NCBI GenBank assembly: GCA_043228905.1
Contig: JBHGNT010000020.1
Location: 3,906,001-3,970,000 of the forward strand
Source of the DNA: Azolla caroliniana
Taxonomy: Eukaryota > Plantae > Polypodiophyta
Direction: 5' to 3'
DNA length: 64,000 bases
Both the position numbers and the translations under genes were made by a program. The notes under the pieces were generated by a model. The model was not told the origin of the DNA. It searched no databases and worked only from the letters and a program-made list of their open reading frames with translations. Shown here piece by piece: positions 25,938-38,399 of this stretch (positions within the stretch are counted from its first letter, which is position 1; every line of letters starts with the position of its first letter).

Positions 25938-27785
25938 GCGGAATGCATGTCCTCCAATTGTTACCTCCAAATCCCGTATTAAACCAGTGGGTCTTACCGA
26001 ACTCGTATCTGCCATCCGGAGCCAAAATGGGAAAGGCTCCCATTCCTGAATCCCTAGGGTGTCACAAGTTTAGAGGCTAATCACATTAACGCTCGATCCT
26101 CCGTCGACGATCGTCCCTGGTAGCTCGCATCCTTTGACTATGGCAGTGATTGTCGGACTGCTAGTATCCACCACTACCACCCCTCTATTCTTGTAACCCT
26201 ACCAGTGTCAGTCTTTGTAGTTTGCTCGTTGGTCCTCCCTCCTCTAGTTGTAGCTGGGAGAGTAGTCGCGACCATACCCGTCACCGTTATAATCTTGGTT
26301 CCTATCATACCGGTCCCGGTCATAAGCATCCCTTCGTCGGTTGTAATCCGGTGAGTAGTCCCGTTCATATTGATCTTGATTGTGGCCTTCCCTACGTCGG
26401 TCGTTGCGATCACGCCCATAGTCGTCGCATTTTCTCTCATTATACCAATCCCCACGTTCTAGTCGGTATCGGTCCTCCAGAACCGTTCGTCGTTCGGTTC
26501 TTGACTGCTACGTGGTTCAATGATCCGCACTGGTACCGTTGGTCGGTTGAGCAAGTGGTACTCGCATCGGTCTGTTGTGTGTGCTCGTGAGTGGCAGATC
26601 ATACACTATGTCCTCATTGTGCAGTCTACCGTCGAATGGCCCGAGTTTAGACACGTTGTGCATTGCAACGCCTGTCAAAACCTGAGATCCTCCTGATTTG
26701 GAAGGGCCTTCTGCAGGGCTCCCATCATCATCAGGTAGCTATGTTTATCCAATTGTAGCACCCGATCGACGACTTGATCCATTGTGTTGGCTTGGAAATC
26801 TAGTACTCCGCACATTGTTCGGAGTGGTTCCCGTAAAGCGGCCAGAAACACTGCTTTCGCCTCCTCCTCTGGAGGTGCCCTTTTTAATTGGTTGTGTAGT
26901 GTTTGAAATTGGATGATAAATTAGGGCGCGGTCTCCTGCTCCTCTTGGCGGGTTGTGTAAAACTGTCCGACTAGTTCATGTTGTTCCACTTGCCTATGGA
27001 ATAGTCAGAGGAATTTTGTTTTCAAGGCCTCGAATGTGGCAAAACTTTCGGGTAGGTGCTTTGCGTGCCAGCGGGCTATCGGTCCCTCTAATATCATGCC
27101 GAATTTGGCAATTTTTTACCGTCCGACTTCCGGTTCGGTCAGCCTTTGGGATACATGGTTCGCTTCCCATGTTTGTAGGAACGCATAGACATGCGCCTCC
27201 GCGTCCGGGTCATCACGGTACTTGAGATACGGGTACGGCATGGTGTAGTCTTCGGGAGGTTGTATCGGAGATGTGTGGTTTAGTTCTTGCTTTCCGGGTG
27301 GTGTTGGTGCGTGGTTTTCCGTTGTCTCCGCGGGTGGTGTTGGCGCACGGTTGTCCACTTCTTCCGCGGTTGGTGTTGATGAGCCGCCTGATTTGTCATC
27401 CTCCAGATCGTTCGGAGTATCGTGGTTGCTTTTGTAATTCGACTGAACACTTTGTTCACTATCTGATTCCGACTCTAAGGCCAAGAATGCCTCCGAGTCT
27501 CTGTTGCCTCCGGCAAGCATCCGCGGTCACACTTCTGCCTCTTGTAGGCTCGTCAGACTATTGCCCTCGTCGGAAAATTGTTGTTTTTGGAATCGAAGTG
27601 CGTCTTCCGCGACCCTCCAAAGCACTCTTGAAAAGACCGATCATGTCGGATCTCCTCGGCCGCTTGCTGGAAGGCTGCCCTCCTTTGTTGTCGTTCGACA
27701 AGTCTTCTTCCTCATTCGGTGACTAGGTCGTTAGCCGGTCGAGACATCCATCCCCCGATGTTCTCTGCTCACTACAGGAATCATG
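25938..27785 (-). pseudogene. Ty3/gypsy gag-protease remnant
   Basis: YPYLKYRDDPDAEAHVYAFLQTWEANH; two CCHC knuckles CTTCLNSGHSTVDC and CMICHSRAHTTDRC; protease IVDGGSSVNVIS...LRMADTSSVRPTGLI. Confidence 0.8.
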
Positions 27786-28270
27786 GTCGCCAAAAACTGT
27801 GTTATTCCTTAGGTTGGACAAGCCTTAACACAGGGTGTCACTATGGAACACTTCACCAAAGGGTGGTATGGGAAGATATGGATGGACCGTGATAGCGAAT
27901 GGGTCTTAACCGGTTACTAACCCGCACAGTTAAGGATCGTAATACACGCGTAAGATGAATTAACGTCAGCACAGAACGGTAATCAGATAGACACTTAATC
28001 ATATGCAAAACAACAACACTTCTATTAATTCTTCGTCGTTGATTACATTCTTGTCGGGTCCTTTTATAGGTCTCCGACTGAGTTACAAACCGATGCCAAC
28101 CGGCAACCGGCAACGATCCGGTTCGGATCCAAATCGGCATACCGATTCTGGGTTCGTTCGTCCGCTTCTCAAAATAGCATAATACTTATTAATTAATTTC
28201 ATACACTTATTAATTTCAACTCCCTATTCCTAATTAATACCCCTTTTACATTCTGGACCCTAACCGACCC
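27786..28270 (-). mobile_element. PBS (TGGCGACC...) and 5' LTR of the gypsy remnant; far end uncertain
   Basis: Minus strand reads ...AACACA GTTTT TGGCGACCATG. LTR end at 27798; CTATAAAAG box at ~28061-28069. Confidence 0.6.
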
Positions 28271-28279
28271 TTTTTGCCT

Positions 28280-28590
28280 TGCCGGCCGGCCAATAGATTG
28301 ATCAAGCCGGATCGGAGGATCCGGAGGACGAAGAAAGATCGGATGGATCTAGAAGGATATCCGGAAGCTGGACCAGATGGAACCAGAAGGAGTTCAATCG
28401 GATCCAGTATGAACCGTCAAGAGAGACAGATTTGTAAATATGTTCCTTATGGGCCGTTGAGGCCACATTTGTAAATAGACCATAAGTTATATAAGTATAT
28501 GTAAAGAATTGGATATGATTCTTGTGTAGCGGAAGAGATGTGTGTTATGTGAGAGAGAGAGAGAGAGAAAGATGAGAGAAGAGAAATACA
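28280..28590 (+). mobile_element. copia LTR U3 fragment
   Basis: CCGGAT-rich start, then TGTAAATATGTTCC...TTTGTAAATAG, as in the LTR at 7174. Confidence 0.55.
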
Positions 28591-28599
28591 AGATAGATT

Positions 28600-31500
28600 A
28601 GGTAGAATGGAAAATGAAATACTCAAGAAGAAGGTGTATATTCACAAGGAGAATACCAATTACAAAATGTGGCATTACAAGGAGTCACAACCGACTTAGT
28701 ATGAAGTAGGAGAAGGGTGCTTTATATAAGGTCACCCTGTCTCTTCATTAACTCACTACAACATCCACTCTCTCTCTAGATCCTTGATGAATGTGAAGAT
28801 TCATAGTCATGGGGAATATGGAACTCATTAGTTATGTGCCATAGAATATGATTCTATGACACATAGTTAATGTGTGGAGAGTGGTATGACTCTTGACCTT
28901 TGAATGCTCATAGATTCTCAAAGGTGTGTTCACACACTAGACTAGGTTGAGCTTGATTCTCAACACGCCCCCTCAAGCTCAACTTGGGTCGGTTCCTTTC
29001 GATCAATGTCTGCTTCTGCTCGTACTTGGTTCGGACAGAATCTGGCTCTCTCTTGTTTGATGTCCGCTTCGGCTGGTACCCGGTTCAGACGGTCTTGTAC
29101 TCCCCCTCAAGGTTGGCAAGTCATGGATCGGCAATCCAAGGTCTGACATGAATTGTCGAAGCTTGTCCACTCCTAGGGCCTTGGTGAAGATGTCGGTTGT
29201 CTGAAGATTCGTGTTGATATGTTGAAGGTTGACATCTCCGGCCTAAACGCGCTCTCGAATGAAGTGATAGAGCACTTCGATATGCTTCGTTCGTGCGTGG
29301 AACACCGGGTTCTGAGCCAGATAAATACTACTCATGTTGTCCCAATAAAGGCGAATCGGATCCTTGATGGGAACGCCCAGATCCTTCAAAATCCTCTTGA
29401 GCCATACAGCTTCACATGCAGCCACGAATACACCCCTATACTCGGCCTCCATACTCGAAAGACTGGAGGTCGGCTGCTTCTTGCTACTCCGCAAAATCGC
29501 TCTATTGTCGAGGGAGAAGACAAAACCAGAGGTTGATCGTCAATCAGCTTTATAGCCGGCCCAGTTAGCATCTATATACCCTTTGAGTCGAATTGGTGTG
29601 GCCAAGTTGTAGAGAATGTTGTAATCCATTGTGTCTCTTACATATTGTATTACTTTCTTAGCAGAATCAAAATGGCTAAGGAGTCCGACTGGATAGATAA
29701 GGTCAGGTTGAGTGATCGTGAGATAGATGAGGCTCCCAATCAGTTGACGATATCGATTTGGCTCGCACTCGTCTGTGCAGAATTGGCATCTAGTTTCAGG
29801 TTTCGATCGAGAGGGGTTGCCATAGACTTGCACTCTGTCATCACGAACTTGTATAACAAGTTGAGGATGTAGTGTCATTGAGAGATCATAATGCCGGTCA
29901 GAATCTGAATTACTTTGATGCCTAGGAAGTAATGAAGCTCTTTCAAGTCTATCATCTCGAATTTGTTGGAGAGGAGGAACTTCACTTTGTTGATGTCGAC
30001 TAAACTTTCACCTCCAATGACCAGATCATCTACATATAGGATGATGACAATTGGGCTTCTAGAGTCGTTTTGTACGTAGAGGGAGTTGTCGGATTTTGAC
30101 ATTCGAAAGCCGATTTGATGAAGATATTGCGTTATCTTCGAATGCCAAGCACAGGGTGCTTGCTTAAGGTCATAGAGAGGCTTCTTGAGTTGGCATACGA
30201 CTTTTGAATGAATGCTAGATTTGAAGCCGGGTGGTTATACCATGTACACCTCCTCTTCTAATTCACCTTGAAGAAAGGCATTCCTAACATCCATCTGGTG
30301 GAGGTGCTAACCTTTCACTACTATGAGTGTGATCACGGTCCTCACAGTCGTCATCTTTGCCACCGGGGCAAATGTCTCTTCGTAGTCAACTCCATGTGTC
30401 TGTGTGTATCCTTTCGCTACAAGTCAGGCTTTGTAGCTGTTGATGGAACCATTGGCATTATACTTCACCTTATAGATCCATCTGCAACTGATCACCTTCT
30501 TGTGCGGTGAGTGGGGGACAAGATCCCATGTCTCGTTCTTGCATAGTGGCCGCATCTCCTCTTTCATTGTTTCAACCCATCTGAAGTCCTTCGCAGCTTC
30601 GGAAAACATTTCTGGCTCACGTATAGTCACTACCTTCATCATAAAGGCATAATGGTACACCATATACTCATCGTAGCCAAATCGTCTTACCGAGTTCTTT
30701 TCTCAGTTGATCAGCGAAGCTTCTCGTTTGCAGATACTAAGGCTTTCTTCGCTCCATTTGTTCGGATGTCGAGGCCTTTGAACTCACTATCGAGGCAGTG
30801 AGTCGACTCGATTTCAATTTGATCTTCGTATTCCGGCATTTTGGTCTTCCCTTTCTCCAACTTCAGACTACTTTGATCGCTCTAAGGCTCTTGTGGCCCA
30901 CAAAGCCTTGTCGTAATCGGGCTTTCTTCAAACATGTGTTCGAAGCAATATCCATCTTCTACCTCTTGTTCGGCGGATTCCGGGTCATGCGAGATCAAAC
31001 TTGAAGTTGTCTCTGGTGCGTATCAGGATGCTGACTCATCGAAAACGATGTCTCGACTTACTCGAACTTTTCGAGTAGATGGGTTATAGCATTTGTAGCC
31101 CTTTTCTTCGAGTGAGTGTCCTACGAGGATACATTTCTTTGACTTCGGGTCGAGCTTTTGTCGCTTCTCGTCGGGGATGTGCACGTCTGCAATGGATCCG
31201 AATATTCAAACATGTGATAAATCTGGCTTCTTTCCGAAAAACTTCTCGTGCGGGGTAACCTCATGCACTATACATGTTGTGCACCAATTCATGAGATATA
31301 CGGCTGTGTTGGCGGCTTCGGCACAGTATGACTTTGGCATGTGGTTCTCGTTCGACATGGCCCGTGCCACTTTGAGGATGTGCCGATTTTTGCATTTAGC
31401 CAATCCGTTTTGTTGTGGCCTATGTCGACACGAAAACTCTCGCCAAATTCCTTCTTTCCGAAGAAAGGCCAAAATTCATCGGAGAAGTACTCTTTTCCTC

Positions 31501-33416
31501 CATCCGGCCGAAGACATCGTAGATGTTGAGCCGTGACTTTCCCGACTTCATTCTTAAATTTTTGGAAGTATCCGAACACTTCGCGCTTTTGTCGCATGGG
31601 GTAGATCCAAGTGTGCCTGGAGAAGTCATCGATGAAGGCCATGTAGTATCAGCCTCCGCCGAATGTAGCCATCTGAGCCAGACCCCATACATTGGAATGA
31701 ATTACGTCGAGTACGCCTTTGCTCACGTTCCTCTCCTTCGGAAATGGGTGCCGATTTTTCTTGCTGAATTGGCAAGTGGCACACACGCCTTCAATCTCTT
31801 TCTCTTTGAATGTCGGAAGCCTGATGATGACTCCTTTCGATTGCATTGCCTTGAGCTTTTGAAGGTTGATATGGCCAATCCGCTTGTGCCATAACTATAT
31901 GTCGAAATTGGCTTTCGTGCCTTTTGCGAACATGGCCGATTTCACCTCGTGCGAGTCAAGAATGAACATTCGGCCCTCTCTTCATCCGTGAGCGATGAGT
32001 CGGCCCTCTTTTTCGATGAAGCAACCACCTTGGTTAAATCGAACTTGCATTCCTCGCTCTACAATTTGGCCAATAGAGACCTAATTCTTCATGATAGTTG
32101 GTACATGCAATACATTCTTAATGTAAGTTTGCTTACCTTCTTTGTAGAATGGGACATTGCCAATGTGCCGAATCGGATTCGTAGTGTCTTCTCTGATTTC
32201 GACATAGCCGGGTTGATCAGGCTCTCGAAGTTCTCGGAACCATTCTTGATGAGACGTCATATGGTTCGAGGCACTGGAGTCGACGAACCATACATCTTCC
32301 GGACCGGAGGCACTAGTTGAAGTAGAAGCCGACATAGAATTTGCTCTATGTCTCGTCACGAACATTCCACCCTTCATCATAGTCGGAGTTGGTGGCGTAA
32401 TTGGTGAGTTGTCGGCTTCTGGAAGCTGACTCGCACTTCTTCTTTCGGCACTCTTCTTCGTGGTGGCCGATTTTGCCACAATATCCGCATTTGATCGAGG
32501 TTTGTCAGCTCGGACCGGAATGGTGTCCCCCCCTTCTTCCGAACGTTCCTCAATCATTTCTGTTTTCTTGCCAAAATTGCGAGTTGTTTTCGTAAATCGG
32601 GCCTCGTCTGCCTCGTCCTTGGCTGAATCGGCCTCTTCTTGCATGGCCGCATCCTCTTCCTCCACCCGAGTGTGAGTAAAGCATGTGGCCTTCTGAGGCG
32701 TTGCTCCTTGTTTGAACGTGGTTTTCTTCAACCAACAACATGGATTGAAGATCGAAGGAGGGTGGATTCTCCCGTGCTAGTACAGCGGTCCACATCATGC
32801 CGAACTGTGGTGCAAGATCACTGAGGCATATTTGCACCATCTCATCATCCTCCACGTTGACGCTTATCAAGCCGAGTGAATCACAAAGCTCCTTGATCTT
32901 TAAGGTGTAGCTTGTGATGGACATGTCTCTTTGTTGAATGTTGTTCAACTCTTGGCCGAGTTGGAGCTTTCATATTGTCGTATTGGTGGCAAAAATCTTT
33001 CGTAGATTCTCCCACACTTTCTTCAGCGTCTTGGCTTCTTGAATGTAGCCGAGCATGTGGTCATGAACACATGTTGCCAAGCAATACATCACTCGGCTTG
33101 CTGCTTGCTCCCATGTTGAGTAGTCAGCATCTTTTGGGTTGGGTAGATTTTCTTGTGTTCCTTTGATGTAGCTCCAATAGCCTTGGTCGACAAGGTATCG
33201 GTGCATCTTGTACTCCAAAGATGCAAAGTTTTTTCTATCTAGCTTCTTGCTAGGGAGAATGCTCCCCATTTGAGTATTCATTAGTTATGTGTCATAGAAT
33301 ATGATTCTATTACACAGTTAATGTGTAGAGAGTGGTGTGACTCTTGACCTTTGAGTGCTCATAGATTCTCAAAGGTGTGTTCACACACTAGACTAGGTTG
33401 AGCTTGATTCTCAACA
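28600..33416 (-). mobile_element. degenerate copia (family A-related); 3' LTR ~28600-28965, 5' LTR reduced to ~140 bp (33277-33416)
   Basis: Both LTR pieces end GCTTGATTCTCAACA on +. PPT 28966-28977. Gag-pol fragments lie between them. Confidence 0.85.
29100..33281 (-). pseudogene. gag-pol fragments of the 28600-33416 element
   Basis: WEQAASRVMYC, WFVDSSASNHMT, CATCQFSK, FIDDFSR, ILYVDD, HARTKHIEV. Confidence 0.88.
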
Positions 33417-33493
33417 ATATAAATATAACTAGAGAAAATGTATATAGGTTTAGTTTTTGTTATCTTTGTGTTAGAGTGAGTTAAATTTGTACA

Positions 33494-33533
<40 letters not shown>

Positions 33534-33820
33534 AGAAGGTAGTTATTCATTTGTAACTGCCTGTTGGCAAAATCACAGGGCTCGAGGTTGTTGCCTCTAA
33601 GATCCTCATTGGTGTACCTCTCTTCAGATAGTGATTATTGGATTTTGTGGGCTGTCATGGTTTTTCCTTGTTTCAAGGTTTTCCAAGTAAACATTCTGTG
33701 TCGACTTATTTCATGTATAAGTGTGCCTCAAACTATCTGTTTTCTACTGGAGTTCTTCCATTGTACCTTAGAGACTCGATTGTGGCCGAGCATCGATTAC
33801 TATCAATTTGGTATTAGAGC
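33417..33820 (+). mobile_element. 3' part of a copia 5' LTR (ends 33805) and PBS TGGTATTAGAGC (33809-33820)
   Basis: U5 motif TGGTTTTTCC...GGTTTTCCA. A gag ATG follows at 33841. Confidence 0.75.
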
Positions 33821-33840
33821 GAACAACAAAGGGAAAAAAA

Positions 33841-36800
33841 ATGGAAGAGTCATTCGGTAGCATGTTCAAGCTCACCAGCTCGAATTACCTAGTGTGGAAG
33901 TCAAAGATGAGGGACATGTTAGTGGTAAAAGATCTTTGGTTGCCGGTACAATTTGGGGACAAAAGACCGGACAAGATCAATGTCACGAACTAGGAGGTAA
34001 TGCACATGAAAACAATGGTATACATTTGATGCTTCATCAACATGAGCTATACAATAACTTTAATGAAGAGAACGAGGCCAATGAGCTCTGGGAGAAGATT
34101 GGCATGATTTTGGAGAACAAGAACGTCATAAATTGGGTCTCAGTATTCCGGAAGATAGTGAGGCTCTAGTATCAAGACGGAGCTAGCATGATAGAGCATA
34201 TGAACTTCTTCCAAGGGCTGATAAACCAGACTACCTCGCTCAAAGTACCGTTAGCCGACAAGGTACTGGCATTGTTGTTGCTCGGATCCCTTCTGGATAG
34301 CTAGGAGTTGTTGGTTGTCACTCTGGGGAATGCCAGACTGGAAGGAAAGAACTTATCCCTGGCGAGAGTGAAGTCAAGTTTGTTAAACGAAGAAGCTCAC
34401 CGGAAGGACCGAGAGTCCAGAACTGACTCGAAAGCCCTAGTCACGGAAGACGACAATAACCGGGGAAGAGGCCAGAATCAAAGTCCCTAGAACCAGGAGA
34501 AGTCAAGGACGAGGTCGAAGTCAAGGGGGAGGCCCACTTACTTTTATTGCGGAAAGTCGGGGCATTTCCAAAAGAATTGTCGACACTTCTGGAAAGCCTA
34601 ATGGGGACCTGACAATCCGGAACCGAAGACGATTTCGGAGAGAAGAGGAATGTTGGTAATTGTGACAAGTGAAGAGGAATTGTTGCTAATCACTGAGGAG
34701 AGTGAGCTGCATCTTGTAAGAGACGCAACGACGTGGGTGGTCGACTCCGGAGTATCGTTCCATCTATCCCCGTGACCGGAAATGCTTCTTATCTTACAGA
34801 ACCAGAGATCACGGTTGTGTCCGGATCCGGAATGAAGGCGCATGCCGAATTGTCGACATAGGAGATGTGTGGTTGACGACGCTAACCGGGTGCAAGTTGT
34901 TGTTGAAAGATGTTCGACACATTCTAGAGGTTTGTTTCAACCTGATATCAGTTGGTCGGCTGGATGATGAAGGCTACATGGGTAGCATCCAGAACGGAGT
35001 CATGAAATTCAGCAAAGGAAGCTTGATCATGGCCCGAGCCCTAAAGATCAACATGGTGTACCTGACACATGCCCGGATATGTCAGGAAGGGGTCAACGTG
35101 GTATCTGACACTATCGGTGCACAAGAGGTTGTGCCACATGAGCCAAAAGGGAATGCGCAAACTTGCCGAAGATAACCTCATTCCGGAGGTGAAAGATGTT
35201 CTCGCGTTTTTCTGCGCGTATGCGTAGAATTGGGGTAGGACCACAGGGGTCTTGAACCAAGGAGTCGAACACAAAGGAAGAAAGAGGGGAGTGGAGCCAA
35301 CCGACTGTCTCCACTTGCACGCGACCTCGGAAGATCCTAATGTCGCTTGGACACAAACAAACACAGAATAGAATAGAACAGAGAAGATGAGGAAAGAACA
35401 CAAAGTCAAAACAACGAGACTCGATTCGATTAGGCGTAGAACATGCGGTGAGTACAACTGGGTGCAGCTGGGGAAGGAGCTCTGAGCTCCAAAGACACAC
35501 ACACACACATTGAATGATGATCCTTCGGTCGGGAGCACGCAAGCTTCAAGCGTGAGCAGAGGATTCACCTTCTTAATCCGTAGTATCTAGCACAATACCA
35601 AGAGAAGAGAGAGAGATTTTGCACTCCAAAGGTCAGAGTCTCGTTCCCCCTAAACTTCGATTCCCAAAACAGTTCAAGGCCTCCCCTTTTATAGCACAAG
35701 GGAAGTTTGTTACATCATCTTTATGATAACCGATTTTCTCACAAATCTCCCCTCGATTCTCTCTCCATCCGTGTGGCACTAAAGTACCCATCGAATCGTT
35801 CTTCCCTAGTAATCACCAAAACCATATCATCACTATGTTATTTACATATGTTTGTACAAAAGACGTGTACTTGTGCACACCCGCGTTCACACACATCCGG
35901 CTTCGTTTCCTCATATGCCGGAATCCTTCACAACAACGTGCAGCTCGAGAAGTGCACCGACTGCTTGTCCGACAAGCAGAACCGAACCTCTTTCTGGTCG
36001 AGACCACCAACAAGATGGAAAGAACCACTAGAGCTTGTGCATACCGATGTATGCCGGGTGGACACAAAGTCACATGTTGGGTCGCAGTACTTCGTGACGT
36101 TCATATATGACAACATCCGTAAGCTATGGGTCTCACCGCTGAAGATGAAGGACTAGGTATTACCCGTCTTCAAGGAATTCCACGCGAGAGTGGAAAGGGA
36201 AACTGGCTAGAAGCTAAAGGTGGTTCGAGTGGACAATGGAGGCAAATACCGGGGGCAATTCGAGGAGTACTATCAGTCAAAAGGAATCTAGCTCGAATTC
36301 TTCATGCCGAAGACACCGGAGCTTAAACAAATTGACGGAAAGGATGAATTGGACTATGATGGAGAGAGTCTAGAGCATGCTGGCACATGCTAAGTTGTCC
36401 AAGACATTTTGGGTTGAGGCACTGATGACGACGACCTACGTGATAAACCAATCACCCTCAGCACCCTTGGACAAAGACACACCACACAGAGAGCATGGAC
36501 CGGCAAAGACGTGTCTTACCGGCATCTAAAGGTGTTCGATTGTCTCGCCTACATGCATGTAGCAAAGGACAAGAGAGAGAAATTGGACTCGAAGTCCCAA
36601 TCATGCATATTTCTTTGATACAACGATGATGAGTTCGGCTACCGAGTGTGGGACTTGGTCGACAAGAAGGTTTTCTAGAATCGAGACATAATCTTCATGG
36701 AAGACAAAACCATTTGCCGACTGGGAGTTGGAGAAGAAGATAGTGGACTCCGGGTTGACCAACAAAAATCACTTGGAAGATGCTAGGACACATCCGGTCA

Positions 36801-37285
36801 GAAGCCGAATGTCAACCAATGACCATGATGAACAGGTTGATTCCGGACAAGGAACCAAACCAACCGAAGAAGAAGAAGAATCGGACATCGGGACCGGACA
36901 AGACCCCGAATCGGATTCAGACAGAAGAACCGGTGGTCGAAAACCAGGGACAGAGATATCCTCTAAGAGAGAGAAATGCCCCCCGGAGATTTCCGAATGA
37001 AGAGTGAGTACTACTAATTGATGAGGGGGAGTCGGAAAGCTTCGAAGAAACAAAGAGGGACACCCATAATCACGACTAGTTAAGTGCCATGCAATATGAG
37101 ATGGATTCCTTGCATGAGAACCACACATACGAATTGACGGAGTTGTCGAAAGGGAAGAGAGCACTCCAGAACATGTGGGTGTACAAGCTGAAACAGAGAC
37201 GCTGGAAATCCACCGAGGTACAAAGCCCGCATTGTGGTGAAGGGTTTCCAGCAAAAAAAGGGAGTGGATTTCGATGAGATATTTG
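33841..37285 (+). pseudogene. copia family C gag-pol, degenerate, interrupted by a solo LTR and truncated in RT
   Basis: FKLTSSNYLVWKSKM, VKSSLLNEE, WVVDSG, LELVHTDVC, YKARIVVKGFQQKKGVDFDEIF. Confidence 0.88.
35200..35935 (-). mobile_element. solo LTR, group D
   Basis: Minus strand TGTTGTGAAG...CGCGAGA (mutated CGCGACA). 4-bp TSD ATGT/ACGT. Removal restores host EVKDVQLEKC. Confidence 0.8.
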
Positions 37286-37566
37286 GGGTTGTAGCCGGAT
37301 AATAAGCTTGATTTGATTTATGAACCCCCAGAATCGCGCCCTTGTGCCATCGAACTTGCCGGGTAAACTAACATTGGGTTCTATAGTTGAAGTGGGGTGA
37401 AGAGGAATTGGAGCGAGGATTGACGAGGGGCCAAGCTCTACATATTGGAGATTCCTTGATGTAGAGCTTGGAGTTTCTGGAGAGATTCCCGAAGATTCTC
37501 ATTTTCAAGTTGAAGTTGATGCATGGCTGCCAATAGTTGATTTATGTTCTCGGTAGAATCTGACAT
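37286..37566 (-). pseudogene. gag N-terminus of a Tcn1/Tf1-like chromovirus (PEG10/RTL1-like gag motif)
   Basis: MSDSTENINQLLAAMHQLQLENENLRESLQKLQ..., then after a frameshift EPNVSLPGKFDGTRARFWGFINQIKLIFRLQP. Confidence 0.75.
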
Positions 37567-37598
37567 GATGAGGCTTTGGAGATGGAAGGTGAACAAAC

Positions 37599-38010
37599 TG
37601 TCACGGACAAGTAGACGAGGCTCAATACTAAGAGAGTGAGAGAGAGATCAGAGACAAGATAATACGAAAAAGATAGATAGATTATATTATCGTCTTCAGA
37701 GGTCAAATATGACCTATGAGACCAAAAATATTACATTTCACGTGATATGTGTGAAGGTGAGTAGCGACTCTCGATGTTCAAGAACTTTACCAATGAATGT
37801 TGCAATCGAGAGTGCACATCGTGGCTGTGAGAGAAATTCGTGCAAGGATTGGGCTCGATCGAAGAGATGTGGAAAGCATGGTCGAATATGATCAAAGGAA
37901 GAGAGAACGTAGTCAAGAGAACAAGAACTAAATTATGATTCTGTAACTGGTGTTGTTCACCTTGACTAAGGCCAAGGTGAACCCCTGTATTTATACATGT
38001 TTATGGGCTC
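37599..38010 (-). mobile_element. 5' LTR (R/U5 and TATA region) of the Tcn1-like element, interrupted by a LINE fragment
   Basis: Minus-strand end TGTCCGTGACA and TATAAATA at 37988-37995. Resembles the LTR at 60868. Confidence 0.7.
37671..37898 (-). mobile_element. short 5'-truncated copy of the LINE 3' end
   Basis: Near-identical reverse complement of ~23462-23690, including the hairpin and ATCT tail. Confidence 0.9.
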
Positions 38011-38399
38011 TAAATGGTCGGCAATATCGAGCTATTGAATGAAGAAGATTTATGTTGCTCAGTTTGGACAAGTGATGTTGGTGTGGTTGTAGGGATTGAG
38101 GCATATGAATAATGAATATTGACATGATGAGAGGATGTGTGATGATGGTGTGGGGGGCGAAGCAGATCAGGAGGGGATGACGAAACACTCTAGATTTATT
38201 TTGTTTGTTATTTGTACATGAAAGTGGTAATAATCAACGAGATGGTTGATGTAGACTTAATGAAGATTTTTTTTTTTTGTGGGATAAGGATGAGTGAAGA
38301 TGGTGTTGGGGTCGAAGCATGTTTTTTTGAGGTTGTGATAAATCAAAAGTCAACATGGCTAATGTGAGAACATGAAAGTTGTGATAAAACGAATTGTTG

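Noticed and set aside
35197-35199. TGT at 35197 as the LTR terminus
   Set aside because: It gives no TSD. Reading ATGT as a CpG-decayed TSD and TCTCGCG as mutated TGTCGCG fits the family terminus and the host frame.
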